64,000 bases of DNA from Hydrolagus affinis (GCA_012026655.1 JAAILG010000889.1:1-64000); one strand, 5' to 3'. Positions 26,701 to 38,920 are shown, counted from the stretch's first letter. Notes: generated by a model not told the origin, from the letters alone. Numbers and translations: made by a program.

Positions 26701-27217
26701 GGGCCGTTCTGTCCACATTCTGTGTGGGTTTCAGTGTGGAATGTAGATGTGACAGATGACATAATCACACAGCATAGTCCTGGAACACCACGCCGCTCAT
26801 GACATCATTGCGTATGTTGTGTTGATCACTGTCCCCAGTGGCAACGATCTGTGTGGAACTTACCTGTGACGACATTAATACTGCATAGCAGTCATCAAAC
26901 CAATTGAAGGGTAGTGTTTTGTGAGGTGCGCCACCCTGTTCAGTTTATGCAAGTAGCAGGACCATTGATGAAGGCACTGTTGTAAGATAAATTACACAAA
27001 TAAACCCAATGATTCTCGGATCTCACACGTCAAATAAGCAAGGAGACAGACACCTGTCAGTTCAAGTCTGTAATAATTGTGATTTATTACTTTACCTCCT
27101 GCAGACCCAATAGAACGTGCCAACAGGGCACTTTTCCAAGGGCTGTAATGAGAATGATGTGAAGCATTACTTGAGATGGATATTTGAAGTTCGCCTCGTG
27201 CCAAAAAAATACATATA

Positions 27218-27430
27218 CAGTGAAAGGCCGTTTATCTGGCACCTTCGGGACTTGGCCAATGCCAAGTAAAGTGCATGCCGGATATTCGGCCAAAAACACA
27301 CACAAATGTTTTTTAAAAAAATGCATTTTTCTGGATAAATTCCAGTTAATCGAACGCGGATCTTTTTTTTGAGGTACCGGTTATACGGAAGTTACGGTTG
27401 ATCATGTACCAGATAAACTAGCTTTTACTG
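27218..27430. mobile_element. Second copy of the same MITE
   Basis: Colinear with 25520-25722, TA flanks. Confidence 0.85.
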
Positions 27431-30400
27431 TATGTGGATTTTCTGATCATCTCGGTGGAGGAAGATCAATGTTTCTCACCTTTTGTGAGTTGAGTCCTTG
27501 CTTTGTGATCCACATAGGTAATTTGCTGTGGTCCTCTGACATTTTAAGGACTCTAGTACCCAGCAGTGCCTTGCTTAATGCACTTTGATGAATGCTCACG
27601 CATTCTAAACTTCTATGCTCACATGATCTTGATTTCAGGCTAGGTGCCAGAGCTGATTTAATGTTCCAAATATAGATACAGTTGATTGAGATTTTTTCAG
27701 TTGTTTAGTGGATGATGAGATAACTATGTTTAAAGGATCCCTGTGCTTTCACTTCTTGGGGAGAAAAAGGAAGAGCAGTGCTGATTCCCAGTTTAGCAGG
27801 CAGGCAAACTGTGAATGAAGTCCCAGGGACCTTTCTATTGAGGACCCAAGACATGAAGGAGAGATGGTTCATGCTATGAGCACAGCAGCGCCAAGGGGTT
27901 TCCTCTTGTCGGAAAACCTGGGCGTGACTGACAATTGTGTTACATACATAAGTGACGGAAAATTTTGTTGTGGAATAATACAGCACGCTCACTGGCACGC
28001 AAGGTAATATATAAAAGGAATCCTTCAAGCTTCTACAGTCATATTTGTTTATTGATGTACAAAATTCAATGACCATCTCTTGAGGTGGTGCCCTGGTCCC
28101 AGAAGCTGTGTGCTAAACAGCCTAATTTATGTGGTTTTATTCGGGACCCCTCCTCCCCACTCTCTTTTGAAATCTGGACCCTTTGTTGTTGAATTGGGTT
28201 ATTCTAATTGGGCTTGTGTATGTAAAATAGGTTAATTAATAAATTGACTTTCACACACTCAAGTGAATCATTATGCTAATTAACCTATTTACTCATGCAC
28301 ACAAGATGTTAGTCTAATTTGAACAGTGCCTATTCACACTGGTACTATTACTATTATCTTAATTCAGATTTGTTACAAATAGACCAAATTGTGTTAATAA
28401 TTTTCTGTTTTTGTATAATAGTAGCTTCTATTGTGTAGATTCCCTCAAAGTATTATGTGAAACACATTTAAAGTAATGGAAAAGTGAATCGTGTTTAATC
28501 CATATTATTTGTAAAACATAAATTGTCGTCATACTGTGCAATTTCCGACTGGGCAGTTACAAATGGGAACATCCTCCACCTCAATAATGATTCAGAGTTG
28601 CTATTGTTACAAATGCCTAATTTGCCTTGGTGCTGGAAATTCAGTCACACAACCTCAGTCAGGTAGGGGAGATAAAAGGAGAATGTTGAGGAAACCTATA
28701 CCAATTCTGGATCAAAGTAAATCCTAGTACAACTATTTTTTCCAATGGAAAAATATTTTTTTATTTTGGTTTGTTCGTTGTTCGAAAGAAGCATTGTCAA
28801 AAATCTAATCGCAGGTTGGCTGCATGAACTGTACAATCTAATCTAAATTTTCTGCAAACAGCCTGCTAGAGACCATTTGTCAATTTGGATTTTTATGACT
28901 GGTCACTCATTTATAGTAGGCTGGTGAAGACTGCTAATTTATAAATCAGCAGATAATCTTGATTAATAAAGTTTCTACAGTATTTCAATGGACTGAGGGG
29001 TTGGCACTCCATTTCTCAATCATTTCAGTGTTGGGCCTATTTGTCTGATATTGCAATTATATTAATTATTTTTATTGGCATAATTATAGATAAATGTTGT
29101 TGCCAGTTTTGCTAAATTGTAGTATGTTTATATGGATTTGAAACACAGTTAAAACTGAAAAAAATAGCTATTCATAGAATGATGCACCATGGGAACAGGC
29201 CATTTGGCCCAACTTGTTTAGTGTAGAAATGTGTATAGATTCAAATTTAAGATTGATTAAGTGTTACTAGTTACAAATTATGAATTGTTTTAATGTTGAA
29301 TCTTTGTCGACTGATCATTAAGATGCGAAATGTGTTGCATACGTAGCCAATCTGTTTTGCCTTTGGTTTCCGAGGGTTCCTTAAAGTGAAAATGTTTCTA
29401 TGTTTGCTTTTGATGTAATGTGTTAGTTCAAACACTGATGTCGTGAAATGGCTTGGATAAGTTACCGAAACCTATTGTGCTTAGGGTAACTGAATTAACC
29501 TACACTTTTCAAATAGTTATTAACCCAGCGCTTCACCAATTCCACATTGAGTGTGTATTAATTTAACCTTCTTGCGTAGTCAAGCTTTGTAAATGTTCCC
29601 AGTTCCTCAGTTTCTATTCCTGTTTTGATTTATATATTTAAAGTTATAAGCTTATATGAATCGAAGATGATGATTAAAAAAGAATTTAAGAAGTGTTAAG
29701 AACTTTTAGTTCGAAAATTGAATAGATGCAGGGGTCAGCAGTGTTTATTTCAATAATCATGTAGAATTTTAATTTCTAAATTCTTGGGTTTATAAAATTC
29801 TATAAATATGTCTGCCTGCTTTTATTTAATGTGCTATTTTGATCTAGGCTGTTAATGGGATAAAATTAGATGTAATGGTGTGAATTACTTCAAGATCAAG
29901 AAAAAAAATCTTGCAGTTTAACAGTGGCAGAAAGTGAAATTGCGATATGAACCCAGCTCAAGATTTATTACATAGAATTAAGCCATCTTTAAATTGATCG
30001 AAATGCACATTCAATGGTGCTTTGCCTGGGTTCTTTTCGTCTCACTCCCCAATGCCCAAAGGTTGCTAGAAGCTCATTAGGCTTCAAAGTACTGTATTTA
30101 CTAAGTGTTCACAACTGAACATTGATTGGAATCTAGTCCTTGGGCTCAAACTGTCCAAATGATCTACCAGATGGATTTTATTTGATTTTGCATGCTAAAT
30201 ATTTCATGCTGTTATAGCAATTCAGTTGAGTTTTGCTGGAATTTGAATTCCTGTCTAAACCTAAACTTCTAGATTTATTTTGAAAAGGGGATTGTGAATA
30301 TTTTTGAAAGTCGCCATATTGCTTATTTTAATCTACATAATTTCCCAAATGGTTTGGTTTGAATGAGGTGATGAAAGTTATTTCAAGTTGCATTGGAAAT

Positions 30401-30682
30401 TTAGAATAACCTTATGTAAAGCCCCTGTCAATGAGCCATTCAGTTTCTTCGATAAAATGAGCAGACAGTGATTCACCTCACAAAATTCATCCCAAATCAC
30501 AAATATAGAGATTTAATGGTTGTGTTGACTTTGCACGTTCCATATGAAACTTGCTGTATAGCTTTTTGTAGACTAACATTATTTGTGCATGGACTGCATT
30601 TAACGTTTGGCTTTTGTGTTTGTGTCTTTGCATTTTCACTTGCAACATTCCTACTAACTGATGTGATGAACCAAAACAAAAG

Positions 30683-30839
30683 GAATTGGTAAATTGTCCA
30701 CTGCTGATGGTAAAGCCTTCGCAGATCCTGAGGTTCTCCGAAGACTGACTTCTTCTGTTAGCTGTGCGTTGGATGAAGCTGCTGCAGCCTTGACCCGAAT
30801 GAGAGCAGAGAATACTCTAAATGCAGGACAAGCGGACAA
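30683..30839 (+). CDS. ANKHD1: ANKHD1 exon 3 (IGKLSTADGKAFADPEVL...GQAD)
   Basis: Acceptor caaaag|GA, fixed by phase and the conserved GIGKLST. Donor AA|gtatgt, 157 nt. Confidence 0.94.
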
Positions 30840-31889
30840 GTATGTGTTTTTAAATTTGCTTTATGTGTGTGTTTCTTGGGGAGGTGGGGCAGTGGGTGAG
30901 TAAGGGTGGATGCAAATAAAATCAGCAGTTCATTTTAGTGTTACTTTTGGATTATTTGGTGTTAACAAATGTTTAAGTAGTAAAGCGCACCTGATATGCA
31001 GAGTATTTAGTACTCGGTAGTTTCAGTTAACTCAATACAGGAATTTAAACAAATGTTAACCTGCTAATTATCTGACCCACAATTGCTGGTATGTGTATTG
31101 TAGTAACCATCTCCAGGCATGTTGATTATTTCACTGTTGGTCCATTAACTGGAAACACCTTGATCTGGTCGATGAATTTTAATGTGTCAATTTCAAGCAG
31201 ATTGAATCTTCAAATAGCTAACCTCTGGCCTGTGCAGATGACAATTTGTTCCTTTCTTGTGGATTTGAACTTTGGTATTTGTAGACGGCTGTAACCTGAT
31301 GCCATTAGCTTTCACACTTTGCTTAAATTTACATTGTTCCTGTTCTCTGTCTCTTCCCCCCACCCCCCACCCATTCCCCCAACCAGCTTACACCAGTCCA
31401 AAGTTGGAAGTGAGTTGCACAGCATTGAAATAGAACGTACAGTAGTCGCTTTCTCAAAATGTCTGATGGGTTGAGTTCAATCTTTTTTCTTTTGGGCGAT
31501 CTTAAAAATGCTTAAGCAATGGTTATGAAGACACAGAATTTGAAATGTCTGCCTGCCGGAACTAATTGTACTGTTAGGCTTGTTTGGTTAATTTGTGTAC
31601 AGGCCATGACTGAGAATACAACACCTCCCCTCCTCAAAGAAGTTGAGGAATACTGGAATATGATAAATATTAGTAGATTTTTGACTTTGTTTTAGTTTCA
31701 TTGGACTTGATAGTTGATCTTATTTCCAGTGAGGGTGTCTGCATGATGATTTGGGGTTTCAACTCTATTTTTGCTTTGACACTCCCTCCTGAGCCACTGT
31801 GGCCTTCACCTGGGGAAGCTCCCAGAAGCTACCGCACGTGAAGAGCACTACATAAATGCAAGTTGTTGTTATTTCATCTCAAGCACTAC

Positions 31890-32130
31890 CAGGGTGAAAC
31901 CATGGGCAACTTTCCTTACTCCACACTTAATAATAATCCCTCCAAAAAAAACAATAATAATTTGGTCACACAATTCACGACTGTTTGTGGGACGCTGCTG
32001 TGCGCAAAATGGCTGCCGCGTTTCACCCACAAATATACAGTCAATTCACTTTACAGTATATTCTGTGAAGCGCTTTGAAACGTCTAGAAGACATGATAAG
32101 GTGCTATATCAAATGCAAGGATTATTATTA
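31890..32130 (+). mobile_element. SINE family A, 5'-truncated
   Basis: Colinear with 19350-19595. Confidence 0.85.
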
Positions 32131-32439
32131 TCTGTTTGAAATTAGTGAATGGAGCACAGATCAGTGGTCAAACTTAGCTCATTCCTGGAGGTACATCCCG
32201 CTGAATTTGCCACTGTTACCGCCTAACATGGAACCATTGCAACTGTTATGTTAAGTATTCTGAGACATTACCCTGCATGGAGGGCACTATATAAGTGCAA
32301 GTTGTTGTAAAGCTTTAATTGGATTGCCAATGAACCATCATGGGGCTTTGCTAGAATGACTTCCTGGAGTTCAATAACCGCTGATACTAGCTGCCTGGAG
32401 ATATTGAACAATGACCATTTCAATGAGATACTGGCAATT

Positions 32440-32730
32440 GCCTTCAGCAACTTGTACTTCTAGAGGACCTTTCATATCGGAGGAGAAGGTGCGAGGAAAC
32501 AACAACAAAATTACATTTGTATAGCGCCTTTCACGTTGGGAGGACGTCCCAAGGTGCTGGACAGTCAGTGCTTCAGACCCGAGCTGGGATTGGGGAGGGT
32601 GGAGGGATGGGAGGGGAAGTGGGTGACTGATGGCACCGTGGAGGAGGAGGGTCTTGAGGCTGGACTTGAAGGAGGCTAGAGAGAGGGTGAGGCGGAGAGA
32701 TTACGGGATAGAATTCCTGAGGTTGGGAAT
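32440..32730 (-). mobile_element. L2 3' end with a tandem extra tail
   Basis: AACAACAACAAAATTACATTTGTATAGCGCCTTTCACGTTGGGAGGACGTCCCAAGG. Confidence 0.8.
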
Positions 32731-32965
32731 CCACAGAAGCTTAATGCTGCACAGCTTTCACTGAAAGTCACTAAATGATACTAAAGGTGTTAAAATCAAA
32801 TTATTTGTTTCAGTATTTTCACTCTTGAGTTGCAATCTGGCAGATGGATGTTCAGATATAACACTGAATGCTATTTTTCTTATGTTCAGCTGCACTTGTA
32901 AAATTGTCTTAAGTTGTTGGTTTTAGGATAGCTCACTTTACAGAACTTTTTTTTTTAACCTTTAG

Positions 32966-33113
32966 CCGAAGCTTGGCAGAAGCATGCTCAGATGGAGATG
33001 TGAATGCTGTTCGCAAACTGCTAGACGAAGGGCGGAGTGTAAATGAGCATACGGAAGAGGGTGAAAGCCTGCTTTGCCTGGCTTGTTCAGCTGGCTACTA
33101 TGAACTCGCACAA
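32966..33113 (+). CDS. ANKHD1: ANKHD1 exon 4, start of ankyrin cluster 1
   Basis: tttag|C...CAA|gtaggt; RSLAEACSDGDVNAVRKLL...YYELAQ. Confidence 0.96.
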
Positions 33114-33676
33114 GTAGGTGTTCAACATGATACCCACGAAGGAGCCATTTCATTTACAATAAACCTACCCCAATGAACTCCATACAGCCAAGCATTTGTG
33201 CTTAGATTTTGTTGAACCCAGTTATATCAAAATGTGGAGCAGCCAAGTACTATTATCTCTTATCCTTCCAATACAGAACAGGCTGTACAATGTCCATTCC
33301 ATTGTCTATCCAAACAGAACGTACTTTTCAGTTCTGATACTCCACTTTTCCCCCCATAGAGAGGAATAATGTTTCTGAAATAATTTGAATCTCTTGCCTG
33401 TCTGGTATGCATGATAAAAATCACAATGTCTGTACCACCTTTGCTGTGCAGGGACCAAGTTGTTTTCTTACTTCCCCATTTCCTTGGGGAAGCTGCATTT
33501 GTTGACTTCCCAAATAGCTTCCTGAACATCAGAATTTCATGATACAAAGAAATATGGAAGAGCTTTGGTTTACTGAAGTCTTCAATTCTGAAATGCGATT
33601 TTGTATTTTCGAATATTCACTTTGGAGCAGAGCGCAATTCGTGTAAATCTGTTAATACGATCACTTGATTCTTTAG

Positions 33677-33824
33677 GTTTTGTTAGCTGTGCATGCCAAT
33701 GTTGAAGATCGTGGGATCAAGGGAGACATAACTCCATTGATGGCAGCTGCCAGTGGAGGCTACGTCGACATAGTAAAACTTCTGTTGGCCCATGATGCAG
33801 ATGTGAATGCTCAGTCTTCAACAG
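33677..33824 (+). CDS. ANKHD1: ANKHD1 exon 5 (ankyrin)
   Basis: ctttag|GTT...G|gtaact; VLLAVHANVEDRGIKGDITPLMAA. Confidence 0.96.
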
Positions 33825-33910
33825 GTAACTTAAGTTTGAGATGCTTGGATATCCAATTTACTTGTAAACGTGAATTCTCAATTTGATTCTTAATCATGTC
33901 TTTCCCTCAG

Positions 33911-34144
33911 GAAACACAGCACTCACTTATGCTTGTGCTGGAGGTTTTGTTGATGTTGTCAAAGAGCTTCTGAAAGCTGGAGCCAATATTGAGGATCACA
34001 ATGAAAATGGTCATACACCTCTAATGGAGGCAGCAAGCGCTGGCCATGTTGAAGTTGCTCGGGTGCTTTTAGAATATGGAGCTGGAATCAACACTCATTC
34101 CAATGAGTTCAAGGAAAGTGCACTTACACTGGCATGTTATAAAG
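33911..34144 (+). CDS. ANKHD1: ANKHD1 exon 6 (ankyrin)
   Basis: cctcag|GA...G|gtatga; NTALTYACAGG...ESALTLACYK. Confidence 0.96.
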
Positions 34145-35678
34145 GTATGATGCATTTGACCTTGAAAGTCTAAAGAAAAAGTAACAACTTTTTAATGTCG
34201 ATCTTTGTTATGCCCATTAAGTAAAGATACGGATCTCTTTATGTTGATGTTTATGTAAGTGGAGGTATTTCATCGAGACATGGATATGAATTGTCCTAAT
34301 GCGGGAAATTGTAGTTTTCAGAAAGGAACGATTTATATTTCCCAGATTGCTCACAGTTGAACATGTTCTGCAATCAATGCTATTCAGTGAGATTCTTGTT
34401 AATTTAAGAAGGCAAAAGGATTCAGAAAGTATTTGATAATTTTGTGACTTCAATGTTTTTATTAAACATGGTAAATCTTTTGGAGGGTTATATGAGAATC
34501 CCATTTGTGCACAATGAAAAGTTATTCTTTTAATGAACACAATGGGCCCCATTGTGATGCCATTGCACCATTATGATGTGATCTATGGCTATCGTGTTTT
34601 TCCACTCTGAGATTGCTCATCAGACGTGCTGTTCTGTAGGATGCTGATGAATTTATTCTCACTGCCTTGAAGTGTTAAGTCATTGACCTGGTTGCATCTC
34701 TGATGTGAGCATGTCAATAATCACTTCTCTGGCTTTTAATTAGCTTTATAAAGAGTCCTTTGGAGTCTCAAATTTAATAAAGCAAAACCTTTTTCTAATA
34801 AAAAAAAGTGATTGGTGTGAACATGAATTCAGAACAAAACATGAATTTTAACGTTTAAAAAAAATATTGTATGATGTTAGCTTTAGAAATAAAAATGGAA
34901 ATTTGAAATTGAGCCAAGAATGGGAACGATATGCATTTTGAGGGAGTGGGAGATCAGCAGTATTTATTAGGCATTGAGATTCATTTATGGTTAATATTAC
35001 AGTAATAACACTTGATATTTGAGAAGCTTTACTGCTATAAGATTAACGTCATCGAATGTCCGAACCAATGTATGAACCCAAATTGCAAAAACTGTCTTGC
35101 GCTGTCACTTCTCAGAACCTACTCAATGGGAACATGGGATAAAAGCCTTAATATTTCCAAAAAAGGATTGCTATACACCTTTTGCTTTATGTACTTAATC
35201 CTGCCAACTGGCAGATTCACTTTCATTTAAAAAATTTAAAAGGACTCGCAAATGGTGCCACCTTGAAGTCAGATTATTAAATGTGTTTCTGCCACGTCTT
35301 GTAGCTTTCAGCTCCTCTTCTCAAGGCCCTCTATTGTATCAGAAGACTAACAGTAATGAAATGCATCATGCGCTGAACATTATTTAGTTCATCTCTTTTT
35401 AGATGTTTACTGGTTTTTTTCTCCCCCTCATGTAATTTTCAAGTTAATTGAACTTTGTACGCTTAGTACCAGTGAATCATATTACTAAAAATAAACCACC
35501 CTATTTCATTAAAGATGTATGATCCAAGAACTCGACAGCAGAGTGCTTTAGTCCATCTAATGTTAACAATTGGACATTTCACTTCAACTATAAACTGAAT
35601 TGCTCGTTCTTTTACATACATTTTGAAACCTCACGTAAATCGGATCATTGAGTACTAATCATACCATGTATCACACAG

Positions 35679-35773
35679 GGCATTTGGAAATGGTGCGATT
35701 TCTTCTTGAAGCTGGTGCTGATCAAGAGCACAAGACAGATGAGATGCACACAGCGTTAATGGAAGCATGTATG
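35679..35773 (+). CDS. ANKHD1: ANKHD1 exon 7 (ankyrin)
   Basis: cacag|GG...ATG|gtacgt; HLEMVRFLLEAGADQEHKTDEMHTALMEACM. Confidence 0.96.
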
Positions 35774-36254
35774 GTACGTTTTGCCCAGAAAATTGTCCAC
35801 AATCAACTTGTATTCTGTGAAACTCTTAGCAATGTGATAAGGTGCTGTATCAAATGCACAGATCATCATTATTATGTCTATAAGACTTCATACAACAACA
35901 TTTTCCTCTCACACAGGAACACTTTTGTTCATTTTAGTTCACATTTGTAACTACTATAGTCACTAGCATATAAGGTATCTTGACATGTGTGTGTTAAGAG
36001 AATCTCATGTGCTCAGTTATCTGCTGATTTGAGTCTTCATTTATGCATTTTTCAGCAAGTGAAACAGAATGCTAAGTTGTAACTAGTGTTTTGCCCACAA
36101 AATTTACAGTCACTTTGCTGTATATTTTGTGAAGCACTGTGAGATGGCTCAAAGATGTTTCATATCCTCCAGACGTGAAAGGCACGATATAAATGTAATT
36201 TTGTTGTTGTTGCTATAAAGTACTATATCAAATGCAAGGATTATTTTTGGGGAG

Positions 36255-36395
36255 GACAGGTTTGCAGGGTTATGGGGAAAGAGCTGGGGAGTGGGATTTT
36301 GAATAGCTCTTGAATAGCTCTTTTGAAAGACTCGATGGGCCGAATGGCCTCGTTTTGTGCTTTAAAATTCTATGATTATTAATTATTATTATTAA
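36255..36395 (+). mobile_element. CR1 3' end
   Basis: GGTTATGGGGAAAGAGCTGGGGAGTGG..GATGGGCCGAATGGCCTC..TTCTATGATT, complementary to the end of the 41055 copy. Confidence 0.7.
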
Positions 36396-36418
36396 GATGC
36401 TGAATTCATCTTTAATAG

Positions 36419-36656
36419 GATGGCCATGTTGAAGTAGCTAGGCTACTTCTGGACAGCGGTGCTCAAGTGAACATGCCAGCTGATTCCTTTGAATCACCAT
36501 TGACTCTGGCTGCTTGTGGTGGGCATGTGGAGCTTGCAGCTCTGCTCATAGAGAGAGGAGCAAACCTAGAAGAAGTGAACGATGAAGGATACACACCATT
36601 AATGGAGGCTTCACGGGAAGGTCATGAAGAGATGGTAGCATTGCTGCTTGCTCAAG
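36419..36656 (+). CDS. ANKHD1: ANKHD1 exon 8 (ankyrin)
   Basis: aatag|GAT...G|gtatga; DGHVEVARLLLDSGAQVNMPADSFESPL...LLAQ. Confidence 0.96.
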
Positions 36657-36714
36657 GTATGAGCCAATTCACTTTTATAATGAATTTTACAAAAATGTTA
36701 GCGTGCAGGTTTAT

Positions 36715-37500
36715 TCACGGCTGCACATTCCACCTCACCAACCCAGTCAAGAACTTGGGTGTCCCATCATCCAGAGGATCCAATTCAAGATACTGGTCCT
36801 CACCTTTAAAGCCCTCCATAGCTTTGCCCCATCCTACCTCTGCTACCTCCTAACCCTCTACCAACCTGCCCACTCCCTCCGCTCAACGTCTGCTCCATGT
36901 CCCCTGGCCCACCAGACCCACCATCAGCGGACAAGCCTTTAGCCACTCTGCCCCGAGCCTCTGTAATTCCAACCCGTAGTCTCTCCGCCTTGCCTCCTCC
37001 CCTCTTTGACTATCCCATTGATCACCACAAATCCCCTCCTTTCCCTCCACCTTCCCCAATCCTGACTCAGCTTGGGTCTGAAACACTGACTGCACCTTGA
37101 GATGTCCTCCCAATGTGAAAGGTGCTATACAAGTGTAATTTTTTTGACCTGAACTGTCCTTTCTTCCCCCATATCTGTGCCATGACAGCACTACCTTCCA
37201 CCGCCTCCGCAACATTGCCAGACTCTGCCACCACCTCACCCACGCCGCAGAAACCCTCACATATGTGTTTGTCACCTCAAGGCTCGACAACGGCAATTCT
37301 CTCTTTGGCGGCCTCCCCAACCCTTGTTTTCAACCATGGCTTCAGTCCGCCCTCCTACCTCTCTGCCCTCCCTCATCTCAACTCTGCCTGCCTCACCCCC
37401 ACCCCATGCTGGAATCCTGAACTCCTGACTGTTCAGTGCCTTGGGACGTTGGATGTCCTCACGTGAAAGGCTCTCTACAAATGTATTTTTGTAGTTGTTG
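36715..37500 (+). mobile_element. Two tandem L2 3' fragments in intron 8
   Basis: QRIQFKILVLTFKALHSFAPSYL remnant. Two tails at about 37140 and 37500. Confidence 0.85.
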
Positions 37501-37841
37501 CATTCAAATTGATGTGTAGTCTATACATTTTTACTTGCAAAAAGCAAATAATTTCCACAGCGAAATGGCATAAAGTGATTAAGTACTACCTGGAGGAGGT
37601 GGCTTCAGCAATGCTATGATTCGGCTTCAGTATTAAATGTGGCACTTGTCAATTGTATTTACTACACATTTTCCGGATGGTATTTTGACAAGCAATCAGT
37701 TCAATGACTTTATTATAGATTCTTCAGAATTGCAATTCATAATTTGTCGACGTACTGAATTATGCTAAGCTTTTGTTAGAACCAATGCCTTCTGTATATT
37801 CTTGTGCAAGTTTACTCTTGTCCTCAAGCATTCTAACAACA

Positions 37842-38070
37842 AGGGCAAGTTTCCTTACTCCACATGCCAAATATTAATCCTTCAAGAAAAAAAACAATAA
37901 TAAATTGGTCACTTCAATCCACGAAGTTTGTGAGACACGGCTGTGTGCAATTGGCTGCCACATTTCACGGACAAATATACAGTCAATTCACACATATATA
38001 TATTCTGTTACGCGCTTTGAGACCTTTAGAAGACTTGAAAAGTGCTATATCAAATACAAAGATTATTAGA
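37842..38070 (+). mobile_element. SINE family A, 5'-truncated
   Basis: Same body and tail. Ends about 40 nt before exon 9. Confidence 0.8.
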
Positions 38071-38107
38071 AAGTACAACTTGAAAAAATTCCTGTTTCAA
38101 TTCTCAG

Positions 38108-38299
38108 GAGCCAACATAAATGCACAGACAGAGGAGACTCAAGAGACTGCGCTGACTCTGGCTTGCTGTGGAGGTTTCTTGGAAGTTGCAGACTTTCTCA
38201 TAAAAGCAGGAGCTGATATTGAATTAGGCTGTTCTACACCGTTGATGGAAGCAGCCCAAGAAGGTCACCTGGAATTGGTCAAATATTTGCTTGCAGCAG
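38108..38299 (+). CDS. ANKHD1: ANKHD1 exon 9 (ankyrin)
   Basis: tctcag|GA...G|gtgtgt; ANINAQTEETQETALTLACCGG. Confidence 0.96.
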
Positions 38300-38518
38300 G
38301 TGTGTATTGTTACTGATTTATGTCCATTGTATATAAAATATTGCAAATGTTTAAAAGGTCATAGCAAAGAGACTAATATTAACTTAAGTTAATAAGTTCA
38401 GCAACTTTGTAATGATAGTTGGTGCAGAGTTCTGCCTTCTTGGGTACAGTTTCTAAATACATCTCCATTTATTGTTTAAAAGGGAGACATGTTCTGAATG
38501 ATTGTATTATTTTGGTAG

Positions 38519-38628
38519 GAGCAAATGTGCACGCCACCACAGCAACCGGAGATACAGCCTTAACGTATGCCTGTGAGAACGGGCACACTGATGTTGCGGA
38601 TGTCCTCTTGCAAGCAGGGGCTGATTTG
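38519..38628 (+). CDS. ANKHD1: ANKHD1 exon 10 (ankyrin)
   Basis: ggtag|GA...TTG|gtaagc; ANVHATTATGDTALTYACENG. Confidence 0.96.
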
Positions 38629-38920
38629 GTAAGCACAATTGCATCTCGGAACAGTTAGTGCTGATTGCAATTGTTTCCTGAACCATCTGATCAAACTGCA
38701 AATTTGAAAAATATTTTAAACCTTTCAAAAGTACATTGACGTCCATTATGTAATTTTGTTGTTGTTGTCAATTCTTTGTATGTTTCTCTACATGATGAAT
38801 CTTGAGATTTGCCTTACAAAATAATGGAGCATTGAGGAATCAGATTTTTATTATAAAGTATAAACTTTTCTACATTTTGTTATGGAGTATAACTTTCCTA
38901 AATCCATGTTTGTGTTTTAG

